Positions 1-8,384 of a stretch of DNA of 64,000 bases are shown here, one piece after another. How positions within the stretch are numbered: position 1 is the stretch's first letter; each line of letters starts with the position of its first letter. This DNA comes from Macrostomum lignano (lineage: Eukaryota). Location: positions 1 through 64,000 of the forward strand of contig NIVC01000010.1 of the NCBI GenBank assembly GCA_002269645.1, written 5' to 3'. Both the position numbers and the translations under genes were made by a program. The notes under the pieces are model-generated. The model was not told where the DNA came from. It saw only the letters and a list, made by a program, of their open reading frames with translations, and did not search any database.

Positions 1-8
1 ATAATATT

Positions 9-1022
9 TCAAAAATTAGTCGTTAAATTAGATAGAGCAAATGATGTTGCTTGAACTGGTGATCCCGACGTAGTTAATGTCGTCCATGAATCGGTAGCAA
101 CATTTTTTGCGCGAACCGACCACCCCGAGGGTATCTCAATTGTTTCACTGCCTGTAATTCTTAATTCAAATATTCTTCTATTATAACCTAAAAATTCAAA
201 TTGAATTTCCATATTGGTTGTGGTTCCGGTATTTGGTGACCATTGTGTCGCAAGGCTTCCATCTCCAACTCGAAAAGCTGTGTTGCCATTTTCAGATGCT
301 GTAAGAACAACATCAGGATTTGAAGTATTTGATGTAAGCGGCGTGGTAAAAATATCGGCGTCGGTTGCATTAGCTCGCTCGTTTACTTGGCCTAGAGTTA
401 TCGAGTCTGCGTTCTCTGTTCCAAATAATAAATTTGTTAATTTAAAATTATTCATATTAATATTTCCACTACGAGTGGCAACTTGATTATCGACATAGTT
501 CTTATCAACCACTGAATCACTAGTTGTAATTGAAACATTTATAATTCGGTTGTTGCTCATATCTAGGTTTCCGGTTGCGGTGGTTTGAACATAACGTGAA
601 TCAGAATCAGTTCGAGAATAAGAATCAGTTACATCTCTTTTTAAATTTAATCCATTATCAACTTCGGTTTTGGTATAAGAATCGGCTACGTTCCGTTTCA
701 AATTTAATGAATTATCAACCTCTGTTTTGGTATAAGAATCGGCTGTATTGCGTTTTAAATTTAATGAATTATCAACTTCGGTTTTGGTATAGGAATCGGC
801 TACGTTCCGTTTCAGATTTAGTGAATCATCTATTTGAGTTTTGGTATAGGAATCTGCAACATTTCTTTTTAAATTTAATTTATTATCAATTTCAGTTTTT
901 TTATAACCTTCATCCTCATTAATATATCGATTATCTCCAAATGTAACACTTATTCCACCAGATGTGCCACCACCACCACTACTTGTTGTTCCGTTCCATG
1001 AGGGTGTTCCAGAAAATAACAT
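9..1022 (-). CDS. Fibre/spike-like virion protein with 19-aa tandem repeats and a C-terminal beta-sandwich (discoidin-like) region
   Basis: About five repeats of LNLKRNVADSYTKTEVDNS, followed by GNLDMSNNRIINV and DKNYVD fibre-type motifs, then DGSLATQWS. Lies next to the protease and penton genes. May continue past base 9 through a frameshift in a T run. Confidence 0.65.
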   Translation of the reverse strand: MLFSGTPSWNGTTSSGGGGTSGGISVTFGDNRYINEDEGYKKTEIDNKLNLKRNVADSYTKTQIDDSLNLKRNVADSYTKTEVDNSLNLKRNTADSYTKTEVDNSLNLKRNVADSYTKTEVDNGLNLKRDVTDSYSRTDSDSRYVQTTATGNLDMSNNRIINVSITTSDSVVDKNYVDNQVATRSGNINMNNFKLTNLLFGTENADSITLGQVNERANATDADIFTTPLTSNTSNPDVVLTASENGNTAFRVGDGSLATQWSPNTGTTTNMEIQFEFLGYNRRIFELRITGSETIEIPSGWSVRAKNVATDSWTTLTTSGSPVQATSFALSNLTTNF

Positions 1023-1032
1023 TTTTTACTGT

Positions 1033-1500
1033 CTATTTTATAGAGTCTAAAATCGCCCCGTAGGGTCGCATGCTTTGCATGATAGTCTTAAATACTTCGG
1101 GGGTATCCTTCGAGTTATTAATTTTATATAAAAAATACAACGCCGCTTGCCCGCAATAACTTTTATCAAAGGTTTGAAATTGTTCGTGATGATCTCCACA
1201 TAAACGATTTTTAGTATGATTAAATTTATCTTTTATTTCCTGTAACGGAGGAAGCGCGTATGAATCAAAAAAATAAACAAGTTTTGGTTTTGAATAAACT
1301 GCTGACCAATGAACACCATTTTCTTTTGTTGTTTCAATATTAACAATGAAACATCCATATTGTGGTAAGTCTTTGATCTCATCTCGCATAACACATCTGA
1401 ATGGTTTTATTTTTAACTGCCTCGCCCAATTTGTTAATTCGATATTGCTTGTTGTGTCCGTTCCATATCTTTGTTTAAAATCATCCCACGTCATGGTCAT
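1033..1500 (-). CDS. Adenovirus-type (adenain) cysteine maturation protease
   Basis: Catalytic motifs GVHW, FFDSY and Q...YCG in the expected order. Confidence 0.9.
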   Translation of the reverse strand: MTMTWDDFKQRYGTDTTSNIELTNWARQLKIKPFRCVMRDEIKDLPQYGCFIVNIETTKENGVHWSAVYSKPKLVYFFDSYALPPLQEIKDKFNHTKNRLCGDHHEQFQTFDKSYCGQAALYFLYKINNSKDTPEVFKTIMQSMRPYGAILDSIK

Positions 1501-1501
1501 T

Positions 1502-1708
1502 TTATGTTCCTGAAAAACTCTTGGTTTTAGTTAGTTTCGTAGGTGTGGGTTTTAACAATTCCTTTCTTATTTTATCAGCTTGTAACTGCCTTAATTTTGC
1601 TAGTTCTAGTTCGTAATTATCTTCAGCTTTTTTAACTTTTTCTGATTGTTTTTTTATTAAATTATTATTATCGTGCTTTGCACGCGAACATGTTGTTCGA
1701 TTACCCAT
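1502..1708 (-). CDS. Small basic coiled-coil protein with an N-terminal MG (possible myristoylation)
   Basis: 68-aa ORF tightly packed between penton and protease; starts MGNRTTCS. Confidence 0.5.
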   Translation of the reverse strand: MGNRTTCSRAKHDNNNLIKKQSEKVKKAEDNYELELAKLRQLQADKIRKELLKPTPTKLTKTKSFSGT

Positions 1709-1718
1709 TTTTACAGTA

Positions 1719-2504
1719 CTAAACCTGTTTTATACGTAAAATTATTGTTATTGATTGCCCACCAAAACTTATTAATCTATCGCTTTCATCTACAATCCTA
1801 ATATAAATTGATTGAACGCTATATTGATTTAAAGGATAATATATTGGGGTTTGGGGTGCAACAATCATTTTCTCTCCAATTGGAACAGCAAGAAATGGGA
1901 TTGAATAAATAATTCCACGTTGAACCAAAACTCCGTTATCGTCTGTTATATAACCACCGTTTGAAATGTCGGTTGTTATATTAATTGTATTTACTCCACC
2001 CTCTATATTTCCAACTGTATCACCGGTGCTTGATGTGGTAACTATTCGGGAATTAAATCCAAGTATGGTTCTGAGTGAATTTGCAATTGTGAAATCAACC
2101 TGATATCCGGATCCTAGTGATAGTGTGAATCTGCCAGACGGTAAATCAACACCTATAACAATTGCTCCTGCTACCCAATCACCATTAGTTGTTAATTCTC
2201 CTTCTATATAAGCATTCAAATCAGTATAGCTATACGCTCCTGGGTTAACGCTAAATGTTGTCCAATTGGCTCCGGAATCTTTAGAATATCTAAATTGATT
2301 ATTTGTTGCATTAATTAATTGAGGCATGTTGAAAACCGAAAATAGTATTAAACCTATTTGATAACTTAGGCTTTGATCAAGTTGTAATGGATCGCGCAAT
2401 TGAATCCGTTGCTCGCTGGTTGTCATTATAAACTGTAATGTTGTACTAAATTTTGAATTAGTTCGATCTACCAATTGTTTTATAGTATTTAAATTTGTAG
2501 TCAT
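1719..2504 (-). CDS. Minor capsid protein (penton, single jelly roll)
   Basis: 261 aa, beta-rich. Polinton penton-like motifs: INATNNQFRY, SLRTILGF, INITTDI, PIYYPL, IRIVDESDRLISFGG. Confidence 0.8.
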   Translation of the reverse strand: MTTNLNTIKQLVDRTNSKFSTTLQFIMTTSEQRIQLRDPLQLDQSLSYQIGLILFSVFNMPQLINATNNQFRYSKDSGANWTTFSVNPGAYSYTDLNAYIEGELTTNGDWVAGAIVIGVDLPSGRFTLSLGSGYQVDFTIANSLRTILGFNSRIVTTSSTGDTVGNIEGGVNTINITTDISNGGYITDDNGVLVQRGIIYSIPFLAVPIGEKMIVAPQTPIYYPLNQYSVQSIYIRIVDESDRLISFGGQSITIILRIKQV

Positions 2505-2558
2505 TTTTATAGTGGGAAATTAATCGGACGAAGTCCGATCGTTCCGAAGGTACGCGTG

Positions 2559-3359
2559 CTATGCACGATCCTCTTCTTCCTCATTATCTTCTTTTATCAA
2601 ATTTGTTAAAATTCTATGTTTCCTTTCTAACCTCGGATTGATATAAATATGTTTGTATTGGCTATCATCCCAAATTTTTTTACACATACTTTTAAATGGT
2701 TTTGCATCCAATCCGGGATTAAATCTAGCGTGTATATTTTGTAAATCATAATTATCTAAATCAAACATTACACAACAACTTGCATTCTTTTTTATAATCG
2801 ATTCTAATTCTCTAAAGGATTGAGTAAGATAAAAAGCTCCAATTCCATCTCCTCTACCACTAACAAAAATTTCCTTTTGCAATTCTTGATCACCGTCATT
2901 AATACAATCATCAAAAATAATTAGTGTTTTATCATGTTTTGGAATTTGATCATAGGCTAATCGGGTTGATACTCTAACAGTTGGGGCTCGATCGGACGAA
3001 GTCCGCGACCCTTCGGGGCGATCGGTGATGTTTTCTGGCTGTTGTGCCATTGTTTTACATAAATCCTCAATGTCTGCTAGATTAAATCGCGGTTCGTCAT
3101 CATCCTCATATTGCTCATATGCTCTTAACATTCTAAACAAGACATCTTTTTTTAATTTGTTTTTTAATCCATGTTTAAGAAATTCATAATATTTTATTCT
3201 AGGTTTATTAGTATAAATTATTAAATTATTATAGTCTAACATTCCATCTGTTGTTAATAAATCGTAAACAAAGTGTGTTTTTCCTTTACCTGATCCTCCG
3301 ATTACTAAACAAAGAAAAGGATCATTTGGAAATATTTTATTGTGTTTTGCCTTTACCAT
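2559..3359 (-). CDS. A32/FtsK-like genome packaging ATPase
   Basis: Walker A GGSGKGKT, Walker B LIIFDD, followed by GR and LTQ motifs. Confidence 0.9.
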   Translation of the reverse strand: MVKAKHNKIFPNDPFLCLVIGGSGKGKTHFVYDLLTTDGMLDYNNLIIYTNKPRIKYYEFLKHGLKNKLKKDVLFRMLRAYEQYEDDDEPRFNLADIEDLCKTMAQQPENITDRPEGSRTSSDRAPTVRVSTRLAYDQIPKHDKTLIIFDDCINDGDQELQKEIFVSGRGDGIGAFYLTQSFRELESIIKKNASCCVMFDLDNYDLQNIHARFNPGLDAKPFKSMCKKIWDDSQYKHIYINPRLERKHRILTNLIKEDNEEEEDRA

Positions 3360-3443
3360 TTTTAAAGAAATAATTTAAATAGGCGCGACGGTCGGAGACC
3401 TGCACTCATTTTACAATGGTGCGACGTGCTTTGCACTGCGACA

Positions 3444-4912
3444 CTAAAGTGGCGCGTCCCGAACAATCGTGCCATCAGCTTTAGCAATTGACATATATTC
3501 CTCTAGAAACAATACGTGGGCGTCAAGTGCCTGATTACCGGTTTTATTAATCTCTAACATATAATTAAGTCCAATATTGGCTACGTTTTCTTTCTGTGCC
3601 GTTAGATCATAAACAACCACTGGATGAATGTTTAGAAACTCTGTGGGTGTGTACTGAGGGACGGCATACGCTTCATTTTTAGCATAATCTTGATAATATT
3701 TTATAAAATCATTAACATTATTATTTGCAATATTTAATTAGAGGATCTTTAACCGGATAATATTGATCATCAACCTGCAGGCGGATATTCTGAACATTAA
3801 ACTCGTTAATAGCTGCAGCCGCATTGTCTGTTGCGGTGGCTGCTTGTTCTGCTATGGCACCGGATTGAAGCCAATATAAATCCCCATTTGCTCTTTTACT
3901 CCTTCTATTTGTTATCTTAAACCAAACAAAAATATATCTCACCCGACGTTTTGATGTCAGTATTTGCCACTGGAATGAATCCTGGTTATTATTAATGGTT
4001 CGCATAAAATGTCGACGATTCAAATAAAATATTTCCTGATCATGCGTTAACTGATTATCGATGTGTTTTAAAAGTGGGGCTGTTACCTCAATAGTTGGTA
4101 CGACTAATTGAATTGAATCTATACGAACTGCTATATCGGTTGAAATTGAGGTTCCATAAAGTATCCTAGGCTGATATCCACCAGATATTTGCAACTGTAT
4201 CCCAAATTTTAATCCTTTCCATACCCGATTTGGTGAGAAAACCCAAATAGCGGAAGATTGAAAAGTCCTGCTCATATGCTGTTGCTGTGGTTAAAACCGC
4301 GACTGGGAATTTATTCTGACGATCTATAAAACCAGTATTAATATCTTTTGTATTAGTCATAGTGGTTACAACTGGAACTATGTTTGTATTAAGGTAAACA
4401 ATTAGCGCTGCAGTATCTGCACCGGCTGCGTTTTGTACATTAGGGAAAACTACTGCTTGACCGTTACCTTTATCCGGCATCCACCCAACATTATCACCAA
4501 CTTGTTTTGATAAATAAGTATAATTTAAATGTTTCAAAACTCCATTAATCTCTGCGGGGTTTGATGATGTCTCAACCTCAGCACCATTAACAGTTAGTTG
4601 AGCTTGGGAAAAACATTTATAAAACCAATCATTTTCTATTATTATTCCGGATCGATCTGCGATATCTCCGGCTGCAAGAGCAGTTCCATCATTTCTAGTA
4701 TACAACCATCTAACGCGGAAAAACGCATTTTTCATATCCAATATAGTGTTGGTTGCGCCGATGTCAAAAGTTACCGTTCCAGTAGTAAAGTTATTTGAAT
4801 TATCACTTGTTGGTAGGGTATAATTTAAATCTCTTGCTCTGACCTCATTAATATACTGTCGGTGCTTTTTGAAATGAAATTTATCACTCCACATAGTTTT
4901 TGTTTCAGCCAT
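3444..4912 (-). pseudogene. Major capsid protein (double jelly roll), broken by two frameshifts (near 4255 and 3735)
   Basis: ORFs 4166-4912 and 3721-4275, plus a third frame I translated by hand (NIANNNVNDFIKYYQDY...HPVVVYDLT...DAPL*, stop at 3444-3446), join to about 490 aa with Polinton MCP-like motifs. Confidence 0.8.
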
Positions 4913-4946
4913 TTTTTTAAGTTAAAAAAGTTTTTTATGTTAAAAA

Positions 4947-5611
4947 ATGAGTCAATTTATGGACGTTGATGGAGAGTTAGCGATTTATAAAGAGAAGCAA
5001 AGATATTCTGATTTTGTTAGAAATTTACAAAAAAGAAAGTTAGGAATACAATTAGCGGGTGAAAGATTTGCTGCTCCTTTTGTTAATCCTATTACTGGGA
5101 AAATTAGTGAACTAGAAAAAACAGATAAAGATCTTCTGGAAAAAATTGCTAAAAATACGGAGCCAAAAGAGGATGAAATTTTGGATGAGCCGCCTGCTTA
5201 TGATGTTGATCAAGCACAATTGAGAATTGCAGAGATTAGACGTGCAGAGCGGGGCGATCGGAACAATATCCAAGAGTACCAGCTAGTATTGCTGCGACAG
5301 ATTTAGGTAATAATAATTATCGAATTGGTGGAGTTGATAAAAATCGAAATGAACTATATAGAGAATTGGGTGGAGCATATAATATTGTTATGAACCCTAG
5401 GGTAAAGTTTAACCCTGATTTATATACTAGGGATGAATTAATAAGTGCTAGAATTTTTTATGATGAGTTAGGAGGAGCTGTTAAAAATACCAGCTTGTAT
5501 AAAAGGATTGTTAATTCTATAAATAACAAACCAGCTGTTGGTGATGGATTTAAAACTCCTAGAAAACTTGTTTTAGCTGCTGCGAAAGCTGCTGGACATA
5601 CTGGTGTTTAA
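4947..5611 (+). pseudogene. Polinton gene of unknown function, one ORF split by a 1-nt frameshift near 5270
   Basis: The frame of ORF 5366-5611 is open upstream (PRVPASIAATDLGNNNYRIGG...) and overlaps the end of ORF 4947-5306. Confidence 0.55.
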
Positions 5612-5638
5612 TTAATTGTTAAATTTATTTTTTATAAA

Positions 5639-6208
5639 ATGGAAACTAATAAGATTTGTACTAAGTGTAAACAAGAAAAACCGATGACGAAAGAATTTTA
5701 TTTTTGGAGAAATGATTCAAAAAAATTTAGAAATGATTGTCGATCTTGTCATAATACCTCATCTGCTATTTGGATAAAAAACAATAAAGATAAATGGAAT
5801 GAATATAGAAAAAATAAGTATCACACTGATGATAATTACAAACATATTGTTTTAATTAGAAATAGAATAAATTGGGCGTTGAAAAATTTTAATGACAAGG
5901 ACTATATCTCATATCTTGGTTGCACAAAAGAATTCTTTTTTGATTGGTTAAATTTCACAAGAAATTATTATGTATCAAAAGATTATACTGGAAAGTTAGA
6001 TATTGATCATTTCATCCCCGCTTCTTCATTTAGTTACAAAGACGATGATCAGATTAAAAAGTCTGAAAATTGGAGAAATAAAAGATACTTAACTAGCGTA
6101 GATAATAACTATAAAAAAGTTAAACAACCAACAATTGAAGAATTTGCGAAACAATTGGTGCTTTCATGTATTTTTAAGGCTATTAAAAATGAACCAAATA
6201 GTGTTTGA
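5639..6208 (+). CDS. Free-standing HNH/EndoVII-like endonuclease with an N-terminal zinc ribbon
   Basis: CTKC...CRSC zinc ribbon, YLGC, LDIDHFIPASSF...WRN...DNNYKK. This resembles the architecture of homing-type nucleases in large DNA viruses. Confidence 0.75.
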   Translation: METNKICTKCKQEKPMTKEFYFWRNDSKKFRNDCRSCHNTSSAIWIKNNKDKWNEYRKNKYHTDDNYKHIVLIRNRINWALKNFNDKDYISYLGCTKEFFFDWLNFTRNYYVSKDYTGKLDIDHFIPASSFSYKDDDQIKKSENWRNKRYLTSVDNNYKKVKQPTIEEFAKQLVLSCIFKAIKNEPNSV

Positions 6209-6891
6209 AGGAGGATTTTTAGACTTACAAAAAGGATTAACGAGCTTACCACCAATCTTTACTACTGGTAAATATACAGGGGAACTACACCTACCATCAA
6301 TGAACTTCACAGGTTAACCCGTGGCCTGAGTGGTAGAAGCAAAGCTACTGCTAGTCACTATTAGTGGCGATGTCTCCAAATTGCGTGAAACCCGTCATAC
6401 AGCTTCAAGTACCACTTCAATTGAGAAATCTTTTGAAGGAACAGAGGTAACTCCTCTTCCCAAAGGTAAAAAGCTTGAAGACATGGTGGCAATGCGCAGC
6501 CAAGCTCCTAAGTATTTTAAATATAAGGAGAAGGTTCAGAGAGCAGACGGAGATGGGCGGTAATTATCGCCGCTTAAGGTGTGCTCCAGCCTCATTCGAA
6601 AGATTGAGGGTAAACAGCCGGGACTAGACTGGATTTAAGATTAAATCCTGACAATACTCCAAAATCTGATTCAATTCCAATAAATGGGATTGATTGGTTA
6701 GCATACTATCACGACTTAGCATATAGAGATGCTGACAAGAACCCGCCGAGGAAGCATTAAGATTAAAACATGAAGCCGATCAAAAAATGATTCAAGGATT
6801 AGATAACTTGCAGGGATTATCGGTAGGTCAAAAATTAACTAGGTGGATGGTTAAAAAGATCTTGCAGTCTAAAGTTAAATTTGGTTTGGGA
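6189..6891 (+). CDS. Parvovirus-type phospholipase A2 (PLA2X); exon 1 is 6189-6314, exon 2 starts at 6618
   Basis: Exon 1 ends GELHLPSMNFTG. After the intron the frame reads (P)GTRLDLRLNPD...PINGIDWLAYYHDLAY...KHEADQKM...KSKVKFGLG, giving the Ca-loop GPG and the catalytic HD and AD motifs. Needs a 1-nt correction near 6618 and another near 6743. Confidence 0.85.
6315..6617 (+). ncRNA. Group I self-splicing intron, subgroup IC1, with no internal ORF
   Basis: P AAATTGCGTGAAA (6378-6390), Q AATGCGCAGC (6491-6500), R GTTCAGAGAGCA (6534-6545), S AAGGTGTGCTC (6576-6586). P4 is TGCGT/GCGCA, P7 is GAGCA/TGCTC, P3 is GTCTCC/GGAGAT. P5abc has an A-rich bulge and GAAA loop, with a CCTAAG/TAAGG receptor in P6. 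P1 is CAGGT/GCCTG with a U-G pair at the splice site. Terminal G at 6617. Confidence 0.92.
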
Positions 6892-7764
6892 ATTAATTAT
6901 AATCAACATGGAAATAATTGTGTTGAGTGTTTACTATTAAGTGGCAGTGGGTTAAGTTCTGATGAGGCAAAGATTCTTCATAAAGAATATCGAAAACCTA
7001 AATTTTATAGAAAAATCATGAACTTCAAAAAGAATGAAATTTGGTATGCTGATTTAATGTCGATGCCGAAAGATCTGGGATATAAATATATCTTAACCAT
7101 ATTAGATGGTTTTACTCGATACGCGTGGGCTGTTCCTTTAAAATCCAAAAAGGGAGAGGAGGTTGCTGCTGCTTTTAGAAGTCTTGGAGAAAAAAGCGAA
7201 AGATTGTGTGTTGATGAAGGAAAAGAATTTTACAATCCTCATATGTATAAATTGTATCATTTTGAAAAAGGAAAAGAAAGGAAAAAAGACGCGAATGGGG
7301 AGTATATTAATAAAATTTATTCTATTTATGGAGAGAGTAAAAACGCATTAATAGAAAGATTTAATCGAACTTTAGGTAAGAAATTATGGTTTCAGTTTAG
7401 TCTTAATGGTAACCAAAAGTGGGTAAAAATATTACCAGACGTAGTGAAAGATTATAACAATTCATATCATTCAGCTATAAAGATGACTCCTCAACAAGCT
7501 TATAACAATCCTGAAAAAGTTAAAGTTACTTTTGGAAAATTTGAAAAAAATAAAAAGAAATCTTTTAAGGTTGGTGATTCTGTTTATATCTATAAATGGA
7601 AAGATAAGTTTGAAAAAGGAAGAAAAGGATATTGGAAGATAAGTGAGAAATTTACTATCAGTAAAGTTTTAAATACCAATCCTACAACCTATATAATTGC
7701 TGATAAGGACGGTGAAGAAATATTGGGTTCTTTTTATGAGAACCAGATAATGTCTGCGAACTAA
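6787..7764 (+). CDS. Retroviral-type (DDE) Polinton integrase, in frame with the PLA2 C-terminus
   Basis: WYADL, LCVDEGKEFYN and IERFNRTL give the D-D-E triad. Also YNNSYHSAIKMTP and an SH3-like FKVGDSV region. The first ~35 codons are the PLA2 tail. Confidence 0.92.
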   Translation: MIQGLDNLQGLSVGQKLTRWMVKKILQSKVKFGLGINYNQHGNNCVECLLLSGSGLSSDEAKILHKEYRKPKFYRKIMNFKKNEIWYADLMSMPKDLGYKYILTILDGFTRYAWAVPLKSKKGEEVAAAFRSLGEKSERLCVDEGKEFYNPHMYKLYHFEKGKERKKDANGEYINKIYSIYGESKNALIERFNRTLGKKLWFQFSLNGNQKWVKILPDVVKDYNNSYHSAIKMTPQQAYNNPEKVKVTFGKFEKNKKKSFKVGDSVYIYKWKDKFEKGRKGYWKISEKFTISKVLNTNPTTYIIADKDGEEILGSFYENQIMSAN

Positions 7765-7774
7765 GTTCAAACAG

Positions 7775-7999
7775 TTACTTAAGACAACATGGTAGTAAAT
7801 TTTTTATTACAAACAAAAACAATATTATTACTATAATTGTTACTAATATTATTATTGACATTTGTTCAACTGTTATCAAACTTAAATTTTCATTAAGTTC
7901 ATTAATTGGAACATTTCCGATGTAGGAATAGTTTACCTTCATTTTTTTATATATATTTTTCACAATAAATGTCGTTTCTGTTATAGAATAATAGTTCAT
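7775..7999 (-). CDS. Small putative membrane protein (C-terminal TM helix, di-Cys)
   Basis: Hydrophobic run SIIILVTIIVIILFLFVI followed by KNLLPCCLK. Confidence 0.4.
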   Translation of the reverse strand: MNYYSITETTFIVKNIYKKMKVNYSYIGNVPINELNENLSLITVEQMSIIILVTIIVIILFLFVIKNLLPCCLK

Positions 8000-8015
8000 T
8001 TTTTAAATATTTTTT

Positions 8016-8330
8016 TCACATAAAAATTTCACTTTCATTCTCTGAATCACTGGTTTCATATGAACTATTTGTTGATTCGGAATCTGTTGATCTAACCTCC
8101 CAATCATCCGAATTTAAATAATCTCCAAGTTGAAATATTAACTCACCCTCTTGTTCTAAATCATACATCTCATCTAGCTCTAATGGATAAAGTTTTAGGT
8201 CGTGCTTGTCGTCATATTTTAAATAAACTTCATCAATTATTCCATTCAAAATATGTTGTTTTATTATCTCTGCATTTTTAGCAACAGTCTCAAAAGTATC
8301 ACTAACAGAAAAGGTGTAAACTCGGGTCAT
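8016..8330 (-). CDS. Acidic hypothetical protein, last gene before the terminus
   Basis: 104-aa ORF with viral-like composition and an AT-rich upstream context like the other genes of the element. Confidence 0.5.
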   Translation of the reverse strand: MTRVYTFSVSDTFETVAKNAEIIKQHILNGIIDEVYLKYDDKHDLKLYPLELDEMYDLEQEGELIFQLGDYLNSDDWEVRSTDSESTNSSYETSDSENESEIFM

Positions 8331-8384
8331 TTTTAGTAACAGAAAAAGACCCTTCGCGCCTGCGGCGCGGGCAAGGGGTTATAG

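Noticed and set aside
6330-6563. 77-aa ORF inside the intron as an intron-encoded homing endonuclease
   Set aside because: It runs across the ribozyme core and has no LAGLIDADG, GIY-YIG, HNH or His-Cys motif; a chance ORF.
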